Assembly (NCBI GenBank): GCA_902546095.1
Contig: CACCIQ010000004.1
Span: forward strand, 4,268-68,267
Source of the DNA: an uncultured Bacteroidota bacterium
GTDB lineage: Bacteria; Bacteroidota; Bacteroidia; Flavobacteriales; Flavobacteriaceae
Reading direction: 5' to 3'
Length of the DNA: 64,000 nucleotides
Within the stretch, counting starts at the first letter, position 1. Each line of letters starts with the position of its first letter. Under the pieces are notes generated by a model, which saw nothing but the letters and a program-made list of their open reading frames with translations, was not told the origin of the DNA and did not search any database. The position numbers and the translations under genes were made by a program. Of the stretch, positions 1 through 9,843 are shown piece after piece.

Positions 1-446
1 GCATATGCTGGAATATTTGAAACATCAATAGACCAAACAGATGCATATTCATAGCCAAGTTTTGTTGGATCAAAAATTAGAGGACTACCCATATTTGTGC
101 TTTCTATTACAGCATAATCTTGAAATATTTTGTTTACAAGCTTACCTTCAGCTGTTGTTGGTGGCCCACTACCCCACATAGCAAATGAATCTGCATTAGA
201 ACCAATAAAACATAATTGATGTGTAGTAGGTGCATTTGAGTTTCTAAACATAATTTCTCCCAAGGTTATAACTAAAGGAAATTGACTCATTGCCTCAGAT
301 TCCATTAAATCATCTAAAGCTGAAACAAGTTCCTCAGCTTCATTTTGTGAATCCACTGTGAAATTCCAACATATCCAGTATCCCTTTTCTTGAGCACTTA
401 TAGAAAATGATACTAAAGCAATTATTACATAAATGTATTTTCTCAT
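1..446 (-). CDS. hypothetical exported protein, N-terminal part (gene runs off the left edge)
   Basis: Hand translation of the reverse strand from ATG at 446-444 gives MRKYIYVIIALVSFSISAQEKGYWICWNFTVDSQNEAEELVSALDDLMESE... The frame is open to position 1. The N-terminus is hydrophobic and signal-like. No family recognised. It is absent from the ORF track because no stop lies in the window. Confidence 0.45.
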   Translation of the reverse strand, partial: MRKYIYVIIALVSFSISAQEKGYWICWNFTVDSQNEAEELVSALDDLMESEAMSQFPLVITLGEIMFRNSNAPTTHQLCFIGSNADSFAMWGSGPPTTAEGKLVNKIFQDYAVIESTNMGSPLIFDPTKLGYEYASVWSIDVSNIPAY

Positions 447-472
447 AATATAAATTTTTAAAATTCTAATAT

Positions 473-500
473 AAAAAAAAACCAGCTTTAGTAAGCTGGT
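473..500 (-). terminator. rho-independent terminator after the SPFH gene
   Basis: Perfect 8-bp stem ACCAGCTT (481-488) / AAGCTGGT (493-500) with a 4-nt loop. On the minus strand it is followed by a T8 run (A8 at 473-480). It lies directly downstream of the stop at 524. Confidence 0.65.
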
Positions 501-523
501 TTTATGTTTGTTGTAATTTTCTT

Positions 524-1345
524 TTATTGATTGCCAAGAATTAAAGGAAGACCTCCATTTTCACCTGATCCTACAACTACTACTTTTGAGTTTGGAGATT
601 CAGCTAATTTAAGAGTTGCTTCAATTCCTTTGTCTCTTAAAATATTACTAGTTAAAGAGCTATTTAAAATTCTGTTGGCATTAGCTTTACCTTCGGCATC
701 TATTCTTAATTTTTCAGCTTCTTGTCTTGCTTTTTCCAACCTAAAAACATATTCTAAAGCTTCTTGCTCCTGAGTTAATTTTCTTTCAATAGCTGCTTTA
801 ATATTAGCAGGGAGAGTTACATCTCTGACAAGAACAGAGTTGATTTGAACATGCTGTTGTTCAACATCTTCAACAAGCTGCTCAAAAATTTCATTTTGAA
901 TAGCATCTCTTTTGGTTGAATAAAGTTGTTCTGGCGTGTATTGTCCAACCACACTTCTAGCTACTGCTCTAAGTGATGGAATAATTACAACATTTAAGTA
1001 ATTAGATCCCTTGGTTTGGTGTAGTAACCCTAACTCTTGAATCTTTGGTTGGTATAGAACTGAGATATCTAAAGATATGTCCAGCCCGTTAGAGGATAAA
1101 ACTTGCATTTTACTTTCAAAAACCTCTTGTTGTTTTACGTTATATATATAAACTGTGTTCCATGGCATTACAATATTTAAACCTTCACCAAGTGGAGGTT
1201 CATCAGTAACAACACCATTGCCAAATGTTTTAAATAAAACACCAGCTTCACCATATCCGATATTGACAAATGTTTTTACAGCAAAGACAAATAACACTAA
1301 AGCACCAATTAGTGCAGGTAATCCAATTTTTGTATATTTTTCCAT
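524..1345 (-). CDS. SPFH/Band-7 (prohibitin/HflC-like) membrane protein
   Basis: 273 aa. N-terminal TM helix (IGLPALIGALVLFVFAV), then an SPFH-type core and a charged coiled-coil tail (EKARQEAEKLRIDAEGKANANR). Confidence 0.8.
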   Translation of the reverse strand: MEKYTKIGLPALIGALVLFVFAVKTFVNIGYGEAGVLFKTFGNGVVTDEPPLGEGLNIVMPWNTVYIYNVKQQEVFESKMQVLSSNGLDISLDISVLYQPKIQELGLLHQTKGSNYLNVVIIPSLRAVARSVVGQYTPEQLYSTKRDAIQNEIFEQLVEDVEQQHVQINSVLVRDVTLPANIKAAIERKLTQEQEALEYVFRLEKARQEAEKLRIDAEGKANANRILNSSLTSNILRDKGIEATLKLAESPNSKVVVVGSGENGGLPLILGNQ

Positions 1346-1363
1346 ATATGTATTTAATTAATT

Positions 1364-2110
1364 TTAAGTTAAAAGGCCACCATCAACATTGATAACTTGA
1401 CCCGTAATATAACTGGACAAATCTGATGCCAAAAACAAACATAAATTTGCTACATCGATTGATTCACCAGGTCTCTTGAGGGGAATATTTTCTGTCCAAC
1501 CCTCAATAATTGACTCAGACAAGTTGTCAGTCATTTCTGTTTTTATAAAACCAGGAGCTATCACATTACATCTTATATTTCTTGATCCTAATTCCTGAGC
1601 TACAGATTTGGAAAAACCAATAATTCCTGACTTAGATGCTGCATAGTTTGATTGACCTGCATTGCCTTTTACTCCAACAACTGAGCTCATATTAATAATA
1701 CTTCCTCGTCTGTTTTTTAAAAATACTCTTTGACAGGCTTTAGTCATATTAAAAACAGATTTTAGATTTACTTCAATAACTTTGTCAAAATCCTCCTCTG
1801 ACATTCTCATCAGTAAATTGTCCTTAGTAATTCCTGCATTATTAATTAATACATCAATTGTCTCAAAATCATCAAGAAAACTATTAACGAGTTTTTCACA
1901 CTGATCAAATTTTGAAGCATCGCTTTTATAGGCAATACATTTAGCATCTTTTGAATTTAATTCTTTACAAATATTATTTGCAGCTAAATCTGATGATGTG
2001 AAGGTAAAACCAACATTAGCGCCATTTTTAACTAGAACTTCAACTATGGATTTTCCAATTCCTCGGCTTCCTCCTGTTATTAAAATATTTTTGTTATCTA
2101 ATAAAGACAT
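1364..2110 (-). CDS. fabG: 3-oxoacyl-[ACP] reductase (SDR family)
   Basis: 248 aa. TGGSRGIGKS Rossmann motif, NNAG, and the catalytic S...YAASK pattern. Typical FabG length. Confidence 0.85.
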   Translation of the reverse strand: MSLLDNKNILITGGSRGIGKSIVEVLVKNGANVGFTFTSSDLAANNICKELNSKDAKCIAYKSDASKFDQCEKLVNSFLDDFETIDVLINNAGITKDNLLMRMSEEDFDKVIEVNLKSVFNMTKACQRVFLKNRRGSIINMSSVVGVKGNAGQSNYAASKSGIIGFSKSVAQELGSRNIRCNVIAPGFIKTEMTDNLSESIIEGWTENIPLKRPGESIDVANLCLFLASDLSSYITGQVINVDGGLLT

Positions 2111-2112
2111 AA

Positions 2113-2985
2113 CTATTTTATATATTTTTTTACAAACTTACCAATATCTGCTGGTGAATCCACAACATGAATTCCGCAATCCCTCATTATAGATTTTTTT
2201 GCTTCTGCTGTATCATCTTTTCCTCCCACAATTGCTCCTGCATGCCCCATTGTTCTTCCTTTTGGAGCAGTTTCACCAGCAATAAAACCAATTACTGGCT
2301 TTTTATTATCCGATTTTTTTACCCATTTAGCAGCGTTATTTTCAAGTTGACCTCCAATTTCACCAATCAAAACAATACAATCTGTTTCATCATCTTCAAA
2401 AAATAACTTGACAGCATCTTCAACAGTAGTTCCTATTATTGGGTCACCGCCGATTCCAATTGCTGTTGAAATTCCGAAACCTTCTTTGACAATTTGATCA
2501 GCTGCTTCATAAGTTAGAGTGCCTGACTTAGAAACCAAACCTACCCTGCCCTTTTTAAAGACAAAACCTGGCATTATACCAACCTTCGCTTCATCAGGTG
2601 TAATAATACCTGGACAATTCGGTCCAATTAATGTACAATCTTTCTTTTCGATATAATTATAGACTTTAGTCATATCTGATATCGGAATACCCTCTGTAAT
2701 ACAAACGATCACTTTAATTCCAGAATCTGCTGACTCAATTATTGCATCTGCTGCAAATCCAGCAGGGACAAAAATTATTGATGTATTTGCACTTGTTGAT
2801 TTAACAGCATCCTCAACTGTATTAAAAACTGGCTTATCTAAATGTGATTGACCACCCTTACCAGGTGTTACTCCACCAACAATATTTGTTCCATATTCAA
2901 TCATTTGTGATGAGTGAAATGTACCTTCAGAACCAGTAAAACCCTGAACAATAACTTTAGAATTTTTATTAACTAAAACACTCAT
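2113..2985 (-). CDS. sucD: succinyl-CoA synthetase alpha subunit
   Basis: 290 aa. N-terminus [35 protein letters not shown] and the phosphohistidine loop MGHAGAIV. Confidence 0.95.
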   Translation of the reverse strand: MSVLVNKNSKVIVQGFTGSEGTFHSSQMIEYGTNIVGGVTPGKGGQSHLDKPVFNTVEDAVKSTSANTSIIFVPAGFAADAIIESADSGIKVIVCITEGIPISDMTKVYNYIEKKDCTLIGPNCPGIITPDEAKVGIMPGFVFKKGRVGLVSKSGTLTYEAADQIVKEGFGISTAIGIGGDPIIGTTVEDAVKLFFEDDETDCIVLIGEIGGQLENNAAKWVKKSDNKKPVIGFIAGETAPKGRTMGHAGAIVGGKDDTAEAKKSIMRDCGIHVVDSPADIGKFVKKYIK

Positions 2986-2987
2986 TA

Positions 2988-3554
2988 CTACTGTTTAATT
3001 CTTTCCAAATAAACTCCTTTTTCTGTATCAACTTTTACTTTATCTCCTTCGTTAATAAATAACGGGACATTAATTTCAGCTCCGGTTTCAAGTTTAGCAT
3101 TTTTTGTTGCATTTGTAGCAGTATTCCCTTTTACACCTGGTTCAGATGAAATTACCTCTAGAACAACATTTTGAGGCATTTCGACTGATAAAATATTTGA
3201 ATCATCAGCATTAACTATTATGGTAACTATTAAACCTTCTTTTAAGAAAATATCTGATTCAATTTGCGATTTGTCTACTTCAATCTGGTTATAATCATCA
3301 CTATTCATAAAATGATAGGTTTCACCATCTTTGTACAGGAATTGGTATTTTCTATTTTCCACTCTAACATCGTCAATCTTGTGTCCAGCTGTAAAGGTGT
3401 TGTCAACTACTTTCCCAGTTGAAACGCTTTTTAATTTAGTTCTAACAAATGCAGGTCCTTTTCCAGGTTTAACATGCAAAAACTCAATAATTTTATAGAT
3501 ATCATTTGAGTATCTAATACATAAGCCTTTTCTGATATCTGAAGTAGTAATCAT
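2988..3554 (-). CDS. efp: translation elongation factor P
   Basis: 188 aa. [16 protein letters not shown] motif and the three-domain EF-P length. Confidence 0.95.
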   Translation of the reverse strand: MITTSDIRKGLCIRYSNDIYKIIEFLHVKPGKGPAFVRTKLKSVSTGKVVDNTFTAGHKIDDVRVENRKYQFLYKDGETYHFMNSDDYNQIEVDKSQIESDIFLKEGLIVTIIVNADDSNILSVEMPQNVVLEVISSEPGVKGNTATNATKNAKLETGAEINVPLFINEGDKVKVDTEKGVYLERIKQ

Positions 3555-3557
3555 AAT

Positions 3558-4340
3558 TTAATTTTGAATATATCCTTTCATGATTCCTCTTTGAGAATCT
3601 TTAATAAAAACTAATATTTCATCTCTATCAGATGTTGCCTCAACTTCTGCTTCGATAATATTAATGGCTTGGGTGTTATTAAATTTCTTTTGGTAAAGAA
3701 TTCTATATATATTTTGAATTTCTCTGATTTTTTCTGAACTAAAACCTCTTCTTCTTAATCCAACAGAATTGATACCAACATAGGACAAAGGTTCTCTAGC
3801 AGCTTTAACGAATGGAGGAATATCCTTCCTTACTAATGATCCACCAGCAATAAATGCATGTCTACCAATATTACAAAACTGATGGACTGCAACCATACCA
3901 GCTAGTGTAACATAATCACCAACAGTGACATGACCTGCCAGTGTAGAATTATTTGAAAAAATACAGTTATCCCCAACTTTACAGTCATGGGCAATATGTG
4001 AATAAGCCATAATTAAACAATTTTTTCCGATTTTTGTCTTTTTTCTCCAGTTGGTTCCTCTGTTTATGGTAACACATTCTCTAATTACAGTATTATCTCC
4101 AACCTCTGCAGTTGTTTCCTCTCCCTTAAATTTCAAATCTTGTGGAACACCCGAAATGACAGCTCCAGGATATATGGAACAATTTTTTCCAATTCTAGCG
4201 CCTTCCATAATCGTAACATTAGAACCAATCCATGTACCCTCTCCAATTATTACATCTTTACCAATGGTTGTAAATGGTTCAATTACGACTGTTTTAGCAA
4301 TTTTAGCTGCAGGATGAACGTATGATAATGGTTGATTCAT
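3558..4340 (-). CDS. lpxA: acyl-ACP--UDP-N-acetylglucosamine O-acyltransferase
   Basis: 260 aa. Left-handed beta-helix hexapeptide repeats plus a helical C-domain. Sits in the lpxD-lpxC/fabZ-lpxA cluster. Confidence 0.9.
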   Translation of the reverse strand: MNQPLSYVHPAAKIAKTVVIEPFTTIGKDVIIGEGTWIGSNVTIMEGARIGKNCSIYPGAVISGVPQDLKFKGEETTAEVGDNTVIRECVTINRGTNWRKKTKIGKNCLIMAYSHIAHDCKVGDNCIFSNNSTLAGHVTVGDYVTLAGMVAVHQFCNIGRHAFIAGGSLVRKDIPPFVKAAREPLSYVGINSVGLRRRGFSSEKIREIQNIYRILYQKKFNNTQAINIIEAEVEATSDRDEILVFIKDSQRGIMKGYIQN

Positions 4341-4344
4341 TAAT

Positions 4345-5733
4345 CTATTTTTTTACAATTTTTGCTTTCATTTCAGCTTCAGTTGTTAATTCCCCATCAA
4401 CATAAGCTCTAGCAATCATATGACTGATACCTCTTCTAATTGGTGACAGTAACTCAAGTTCAAATATAAGAGTATCTCCTGGTTCTACAGGTCTTTTAAA
4501 TTTAGCATTTTCAATTCTTCCAAAAAAAGTTAAATAATTTTCTGGATCTGGGAATGTACTAAGAACCAAAACACCCCCTACCTGTGCCATGGCTTCAATT
4601 TGCAAAACTCCAGGCATAACAGGTCTACCTGGGAAGTGACCTTTAAAGTAAGGCTCATCTGGAGAAACGTATTTTAAACCTGTTATAGCATTATCACTAA
4701 TTTTTAGAATTTTATCAATATAAAGAAAAGGCGGACGATGTGGTAAAATATTCATAATTTGCTCCGCATCCATTATAGCCTTTTCATTATATTCTTGTTT
4801 TTTCATATTTAATCTTTCCTCTTTTTCAATGATTCCACTTACTTTTTTAGCAAATTGTGTATTGATGAAATGACCAGGTTTTTTTGCTATTACCTTTCCT
4901 CTAATTCTTTTACCAATTAATGCCAGATCACCTAAAACATCTAGTAGCTTGTGCCTTGCAGCTTCATTTTGATAATGTAAATTCAAATTATCTAAAATTC
5001 CGTTAGATTTCACTGAGACTTTGTCTTTATTAAAAGCTTTTTTTAACTTTTCCATTGTATTTTCGGAAATTTTCTTATCTACATAAACAATAGCGTTATT
5101 AAGATCACCACCTTTTATCAGGTTATTTTCTAAAAGCATTTCAATTTCATGAAGAAAACTAAACGTCCTAGCATTAGAAAACTCATCCTTAAATTCAGAT
5201 AATTTTGTAAGAGTTGCATTTTGAGTGCCTAAAACCTTAGTCTCATAATCAACCATGGTTGTTATCTGGTAGTTTTCAGACGGAATAAGAGTTATTTCAC
5301 TACCTGACTCAGTATCATTAAATGAAATAACATCTTTTACTATATATTCGTTACGTAAACTACTTAATTCCTTTAAACCCGCTTTCTCAAGTGCATCAAC
5401 AAAGAATCTTGATGATCCATCCATGATAGGAGGTTCTTCAGCATTTATTTCGATTAAAATATTGTCAATTTCCAAACCTACCAAAGCTGCTAAGACATGT
5501 TCAGTAGTTTTTAATTTAACACCATCTTTTTCGAGGGTTGTTCCTCTTTGTGTATTAACAACATATTTTGCAAGAGCTTCTATTTCAGGTTTATCACCTA
5601 AATCAACTCTTTTAAATATATATCCTGTATTTTCTTTTGCAGGATGAAAAGTAAGTTTAACATCTTTTCCAGTATGAATTCCTACACCCTCAAGAGAAAC
5701 AGAATCTTTAATAGTTGTTTGTTTATTGTTCAT
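4345..5733 (-). CDS. lpxC/fabZ: bifunctional UDP-3-O-acyl-GlcNAc deacetylase / 3-hydroxyacyl-ACP dehydratase
   Basis: 462 aa. N-terminal LpxC-like half (TIKDSVSLEGVGIHTGK...) and C-terminal FabZ hot-dog half (LPHRPPFLYIDKI..., GHFPGRPVMPGVLQIEAMAQ). This fusion is typical of Bacteroidota. Confidence 0.9.
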   Translation of the reverse strand: MNNKQTTIKDSVSLEGVGIHTGKDVKLTFHPAKENTGYIFKRVDLGDKPEIEALAKYVVNTQRGTTLEKDGVKLKTTEHVLAALVGLEIDNILIEINAEEPPIMDGSSRFFVDALEKAGLKELSSLRNEYIVKDVISFNDTESGSEITLIPSENYQITTMVDYETKVLGTQNATLTKLSEFKDEFSNARTFSFLHEIEMLLENNLIKGGDLNNAIVYVDKKISENTMEKLKKAFNKDKVSVKSNGILDNLNLHYQNEAARHKLLDVLGDLALIGKRIRGKVIAKKPGHFINTQFAKKVSGIIEKEERLNMKKQEYNEKAIMDAEQIMNILPHRPPFLYIDKILKISDNAITGLKYVSPDEPYFKGHFPGRPVMPGVLQIEAMAQVGGVLVLSTFPDPENYLTFFGRIENAKFKRPVEPGDTLIFELELLSPIRRGISHMIARAYVDGELTTEAEMKAKIVKK

Positions 5734-6748
5734 TGCTTTTTTTCATCAACTTATTTATGAAATTCATGATTTTGGGTAAATTTTTAAAATGAACATATGA
5801 TTTATTATAATCCCTATAGTTAATTGCAGGATAACCCATTATTACAGAGTCATCATCAATATTTTTTAGCACTCCAGATTTTGCCTGCATGTGTACCCTA
5901 TCACCAATTTTTAGGTGACCAGCAATACCTGCTTGTCCTCCGATTAAACAATCTTTTCCAATTGTAGTTGATCCAGCAATACCTACCTGGGCAGCAATGC
6001 AAGTATTATTTCCAACAATTACATTATGTGCTATTTGGACAAGATTATCAATTTTAACACCAGATCTTAATATAGTTGAACCAAGAGTGGCTCTATCAAT
6101 TGTACAATTAGATCCAATTTCTACATCATCCTCAATAATCACATTTCCATTATGTATTACTTTCAAATTATTACCATTTGAATCTTTGTTAAAGCCAAAT
6201 CCATCTGAACCAACAACTGTTCCTGAGTGAATAATGCAATTTTTACCAAGCACTGTATTTCTGTAAATTTTAACTCCTGGATAAATTATACAATTATCTC
6301 CAACAGTTACATTATCTGCAATGTGAACATGTGGATGAATTTTAACATTTTGACCAATGTTTACATTACTTTCAATAATAGAAAATTTTCCTATATAAAC
6401 ATCATTACCATAGTTGACATTTTCACCTAAACTTGAACCTTTATCTATTCCTGTTTTTGAAATTTGTTGATTATTAAAATACTCAAGAAGAACTGAAAAT
6501 GCAAGGTTAGGATCCTCTACCCTTATCAATGTTGGGCTTACGGGCTCTTTTAATTCTAAAGATTTTTTAACAATCACAATCGAAGCAGATGATTTGTATA
6601 AAAAATCATTGTATTTTGAATTTCCTAAGAATGATAATGAATTTTTGTCTCCACTTTCAATTTTAGAAAGCCTATTTATTGTAGAATTATTATCTCCATC
6701 GACGACACCATCAATTAATTTAGCAACTTCAAATGCCTTTAATTCCAT
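5723..6748 (-). CDS. lpxD: UDP-3-O-acylglucosamine N-acyltransferase
   Basis: 341 aa with a long run of hexapeptide repeats. Overlaps lpxC/fabZ by 11 nt. Confidence 0.9.
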   Translation of the reverse strand: MELKAFEVAKLIDGVVDGDNNSTINRLSKIESGDKNSLSFLGNSKYNDFLYKSSASIVIVKKSLELKEPVSPTLIRVEDPNLAFSVLLEYFNNQQISKTGIDKGSSLGENVNYGNDVYIGKFSIIESNVNIGQNVKIHPHVHIADNVTVGDNCIIYPGVKIYRNTVLGKNCIIHSGTVVGSDGFGFNKDSNGNNLKVIHNGNVIIEDDVEIGSNCTIDRATLGSTILRSGVKIDNLVQIAHNVIVGNNTCIAAQVGIAGSTTIGKDCLIGGQAGIAGHLKIGDRVHMQAKSGVLKNIDDDSVIMGYPAINYRDYNKSYVHFKNLPKIMNFINKLMKKSNEQ

Positions 6749-6820
6749 GTCGGCAAAAATATGAAAATTAATTTATTATTTTCTGGGGAAAGTCTTTCCT
6801 TTGTATTTGACAAAAAGTAA

Positions 6821-7237
6821 ATGATTTTTTCATACCATTTAAAAGAAATTAATAATGCATCAAATTTTATACTTAAAAATATAAAATCAAAGACAGTATT
6901 ATTTGATGGTGATTTGGGCTCTGGAAAAACAACTCTAATCAAGAATATCTGTATGAAAATTGGTTCAAAAGACAATATTTCAAGTCCGACATTTCCAATA
7001 CTTAACATGTATGAATCAAATAATGAAAAAATCTATCATGCTGACCTCTATCGAATTGATAATATTTTAGATTTAAATGAAATCGGTTTTTTTGATATTA
7101 TCAATGAAAAAAAATGGATTTTTATTGAATGGCCAAAAAAAATAATTGAATATTTTGAATACCCTTATTCTCATATCAAAATCAAAATTGATGATAGTAA
7201 GAAGAGAACATTAGAAATTAAAAATTATGAAATTTAA
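6821..7237 (+). CDS. tsaE: tRNA t6A37 biosynthesis ATPase TsaE (YjeE)
   Basis: 138 aa. P-loop GDLGSGKTTLIK and the HADLYR motif. Typical size. Confidence 0.8.
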   Translation: MIFSYHLKEINNASNFILKNIKSKTVLFDGDLGSGKTTLIKNICMKIGSKDNISSPTFPILNMYESNNEKIYHADLYRIDNILDLNEIGFFDIINEKKWIFIEWPKKIIEYFEYPYSHIKIKIDDSKKRTLEIKNYEI

Positions 7238-7577
7238 AAAAAGATTGATTTACTATTTCTTTGGTTTTTTACTAGGTCTCATGATAACAATTTTCATTAT
7301 ACAGCAAAAGGACACTGAATTTAATTACCTTCCAAACGATAGAGTTTTAGGAGATTTTAAAAAAAAGGAATGGCATTTTGATTATTCTTTTTCCTCATAT
7401 GATACAATAAATATTTTAAAAAATTCAAAAATTGAATTTTCAAAAAGTATTATTGGAAAAGATTCCTGTAACATATATTTATTAAATCAAAATAAAGGAT
7501 CTAATCAATTTTATTTTAATGCTACAAACTGTGAAACCAAGGTGTATTATACTGATTTAAGAGCTTCTTCTAAGTAA
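7227..7577 (+). CDS. hypothetical membrane-anchored protein
   Basis: 116 aa with one N-terminal TM helix (LIYYFFGFLLGLMITIFII). No family recognised. Overlaps tsaE by 11 nt. Confidence 0.4.
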   Translation: MKFKKRLIYYFFGFLLGLMITIFIIQQKDTEFNYLPNDRVLGDFKKKEWHFDYSFSSYDTINILKNSKIEFSKSIIGKDSCNIYLLNQNKGSNQFYFNATNCETKVYYTDLRASSK

Positions 7578-8726
7578 TTCCTTTTTTAGCAGAGATAACT
7601 CTCTACTAGATTGACCTTCAAAAGAGGAATTTTCTTGTGCTCTTCTTATCAAATAAGGTACTAAATTTTCAACTGGCCCAAAGGGTAGTATTTTAGCAAC
7701 ATTATATCCCTCACTAGCTAAATTAAAAGTGATGTTATCACTCATGCCATAAAGTTGACCGAACCAAATCTTATCACTATTGTTTTTGATCTCATTTTTT
7801 TTCATGAGATCAATAACTTTATAATTTGAAAACTCATTATGAGTTGCTATAAAAAAATCAGCTTTTTTTATGTGTTTAAACATAAGATCAATTGCTTTAT
7901 TAAAATTTAAATCAGTTTCATTTTTTGATGAGCATATAGGAGATTTATAATTTCCATTTTTAGCTAAAAGTCTCTCCTTTTCCATATAAGCTCCCCTTAC
8001 TAACTTAAACCCAAAGCTAAATTTAGATTTTGAATAATCTTTAAATAATTTTTTTAAGTAATCAATCCTATCCCATCTGTAAAGTTGTATTGTATTATAA
8101 ACAATAACATATTCTTTATTATAAGACTTCATCATTTCAAGTGCTAGTTCATCAATAGCTTTTTGAACCTCATATTCCTCTGCATCAATTAAAATTTTTG
8201 TTTTATTAATTAATGCATGATTACAAATATTATGGAATCTATTAACAACATTAGACCACTCAACCTCTTCATCCTTTAGCAATTTTTTTCCATCACTAAC
8301 TGCTTTAAATAATTCATACCTACCAATACTTGTTGGCTTAAAAACAGCGAAAGGAACAGCATCATTTTCTGAAACTATATCAATGATCTTAATTTTTTTT
8401 TCACATGAATTATTAAATGAATTTTCATTACTTAAACCCTCAACTGAGTAGTCAAGAATTGAACATACGTTCATTTTATACATATCAGAAATTATTTTTT
8501 TACATTCCGTTATATCTACACCCCCACAAAAATGTTTATAAATAGTTCCTTTTAAAATCCACTTAATAGGTAACCTAAATTTTAGCATCATTATTGTCAA
8601 ATTGGTTAAAATTCCTACTAAAATTTTCTTTGTGATTATATTGAAAAGAAAAATTGCATTATATAAATGAAAATTTTTTTTCATTTTAAATGCAACCTCA
8701 GTATTGTCAAAAAGAGATTTATTCAT
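7557..8726 (-). CDS. proline dehydrogenase family protein
   Basis: 389 aa. The C-terminal signature GQLYGMSDN...ILPFGPVENLVPYLIRRAQENSS matches the PRODH barrel end. Confidence 0.7.
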   Translation of the reverse strand: MNKSLFDNTEVAFKMKKNFHLYNAIFLFNIITKKILVGILTNLTIMMLKFRLPIKWILKGTIYKHFCGGVDITECKKIISDMYKMNVCSILDYSVEGLSNENSFNNSCEKKIKIIDIVSENDAVPFAVFKPTSIGRYELFKAVSDGKKLLKDEEVEWSNVVNRFHNICNHALINKTKILIDAEEYEVQKAIDELALEMMKSYNKEYVIVYNTIQLYRWDRIDYLKKLFKDYSKSKFSFGFKLVRGAYMEKERLLAKNGNYKSPICSSKNETDLNFNKAIDLMFKHIKKADFFIATHNEFSNYKVIDLMKKNEIKNNSDKIWFGQLYGMSDNITFNLASEGYNVAKILPFGPVENLVPYLIRRAQENSSFEGQSSRELSLLKKELLRRSS

Positions 8727-8793
8727 TTATTAAATAATTATTCTAATATATGCTGTTTTTTTAAAATGTTGTTAATTTGCATACTCATTTTTG

Positions 8794-9843
8794 ATGGTGA
8801 AAGAAATCAACACAAAAACATATAAAATAGCTTTTGGGCAGTCTGGTTATTCCCTTTTAAACTCACTGATAGAAAATAATAAATATTCAAAAGTATCAGT
8901 ATTGGTTGATGATAATACTGAAAAATTCTGTTTAGATGTTTTCAAACAAATAATTAATAAAAAAATATCAATTATAAAAATTAATTCAGGAGAAGAATTT
9001 AAAAATCTGAGTACTGTTACCAAGATTTGGAATGAAATGACAACTCAAAATTTGGATAGAAAGAGTCTTTTAATTAACCTAGGAGGAGGAGTTATTACAG
9101 ATATGGGCGGTTTTGCTGCCAATACTTTTAAAAGAGGTATTGATTTTATTAATATACCAACAACTCTTTTATCAATGGTTGATGCTTCAGTAGGAAGTAA
9201 AACAGGAATTAATTTCAATAATTTAAAAAATCAAATTGGAACCTTTGCAGATCCTAAACTTGTAGTAATTGATGAGAAATATCTTGAAACGCTAAGTGAA
9301 AGAGAAGTTAAAAGTGGATATGCTGAAATATTTAAGCACAGTCTAATTTCAGCTTCAATTTTCAATTTACTTTTGGAAAATCAGCAACTATATTATAACG
9401 AAGAAATTATAAATAATTCTATAAGGATTAAAAATAAAATTGTTTTAGATGATAAATTTGAACAGAACATTAGAAAAAATTTAAATTTTGGACATACAAT
9501 TGGACATGCACTTGAATCCTACTATTTAAATAAAGAAAATAAGCTAACGCATGGTGAAGCAATTGTAATCGGAATGATTTGCGAATCCTTCATGTCAAAT
9601 AAAATATTTGATCTAGATTTCGAATTAGTTAAAAAAATTAAAAATCATTTGCTTAGAATCTTTCCGAAAGTAAATCTACAAGATGAAAACTATGAAGAAA
9701 TTATTAAGCTTATGAGTTTTGATAAAAAAAATCATTTGGATAAATTAAAGTTTGTATTATTAAAAGACCTCGGACTTGTTAAAATTGATACTGAGGTTTC
9801 TGAAAATTTAATTAAAGAGTCTTTTGACTTTTATTTAAGCTAA
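8794..9843 (+). CDS. aroB: 3-dehydroquinate synthase
   Basis: About 349 aa. GGGVITDMGGFAA nucleotide-binding motif and metal ligands in FGHTIGHALE. ATG at 8794 is preferred over the TTG at 8791 used by the ORF track. Confidence 0.9.
   Translation: MVKEINTKTYKIAFGQSGYSLLNSLIENNKYSKVSVLVDDNTEKFCLDVFKQIINKKISIIKINSGEEFKNLSTVTKIWNEMTTQNLDRKSLLINLGGGVITDMGGFAANTFKRGIDFINIPTTLLSMVDASVGSKTGINFNNLKNQIGTFADPKLVVIDEKYLETLSEREVKSGYAEIFKHSLISASIFNLLLENQQLYYNEEIINNSIRIKNKIVLDDKFEQNIRKNLNFGHTIGHALESYYLNKENKLTHGEAIVIGMICESFMSNKIFDLDFELVKKIKNHLLRIFPKVNLQDENYEEIIKLMSFDKKNHLDKLKFVLLKDLGLVKIDTEVSENLIKESFDFYLS

Noticed and set aside
2113-5733. sucD without an adjacent sucC, and the lpxC-fabZ gene fusion.
   Set aside because: To my knowledge both are ordinary lineage traits of Bacteroidota/Flavobacteriia, so they are not novel.
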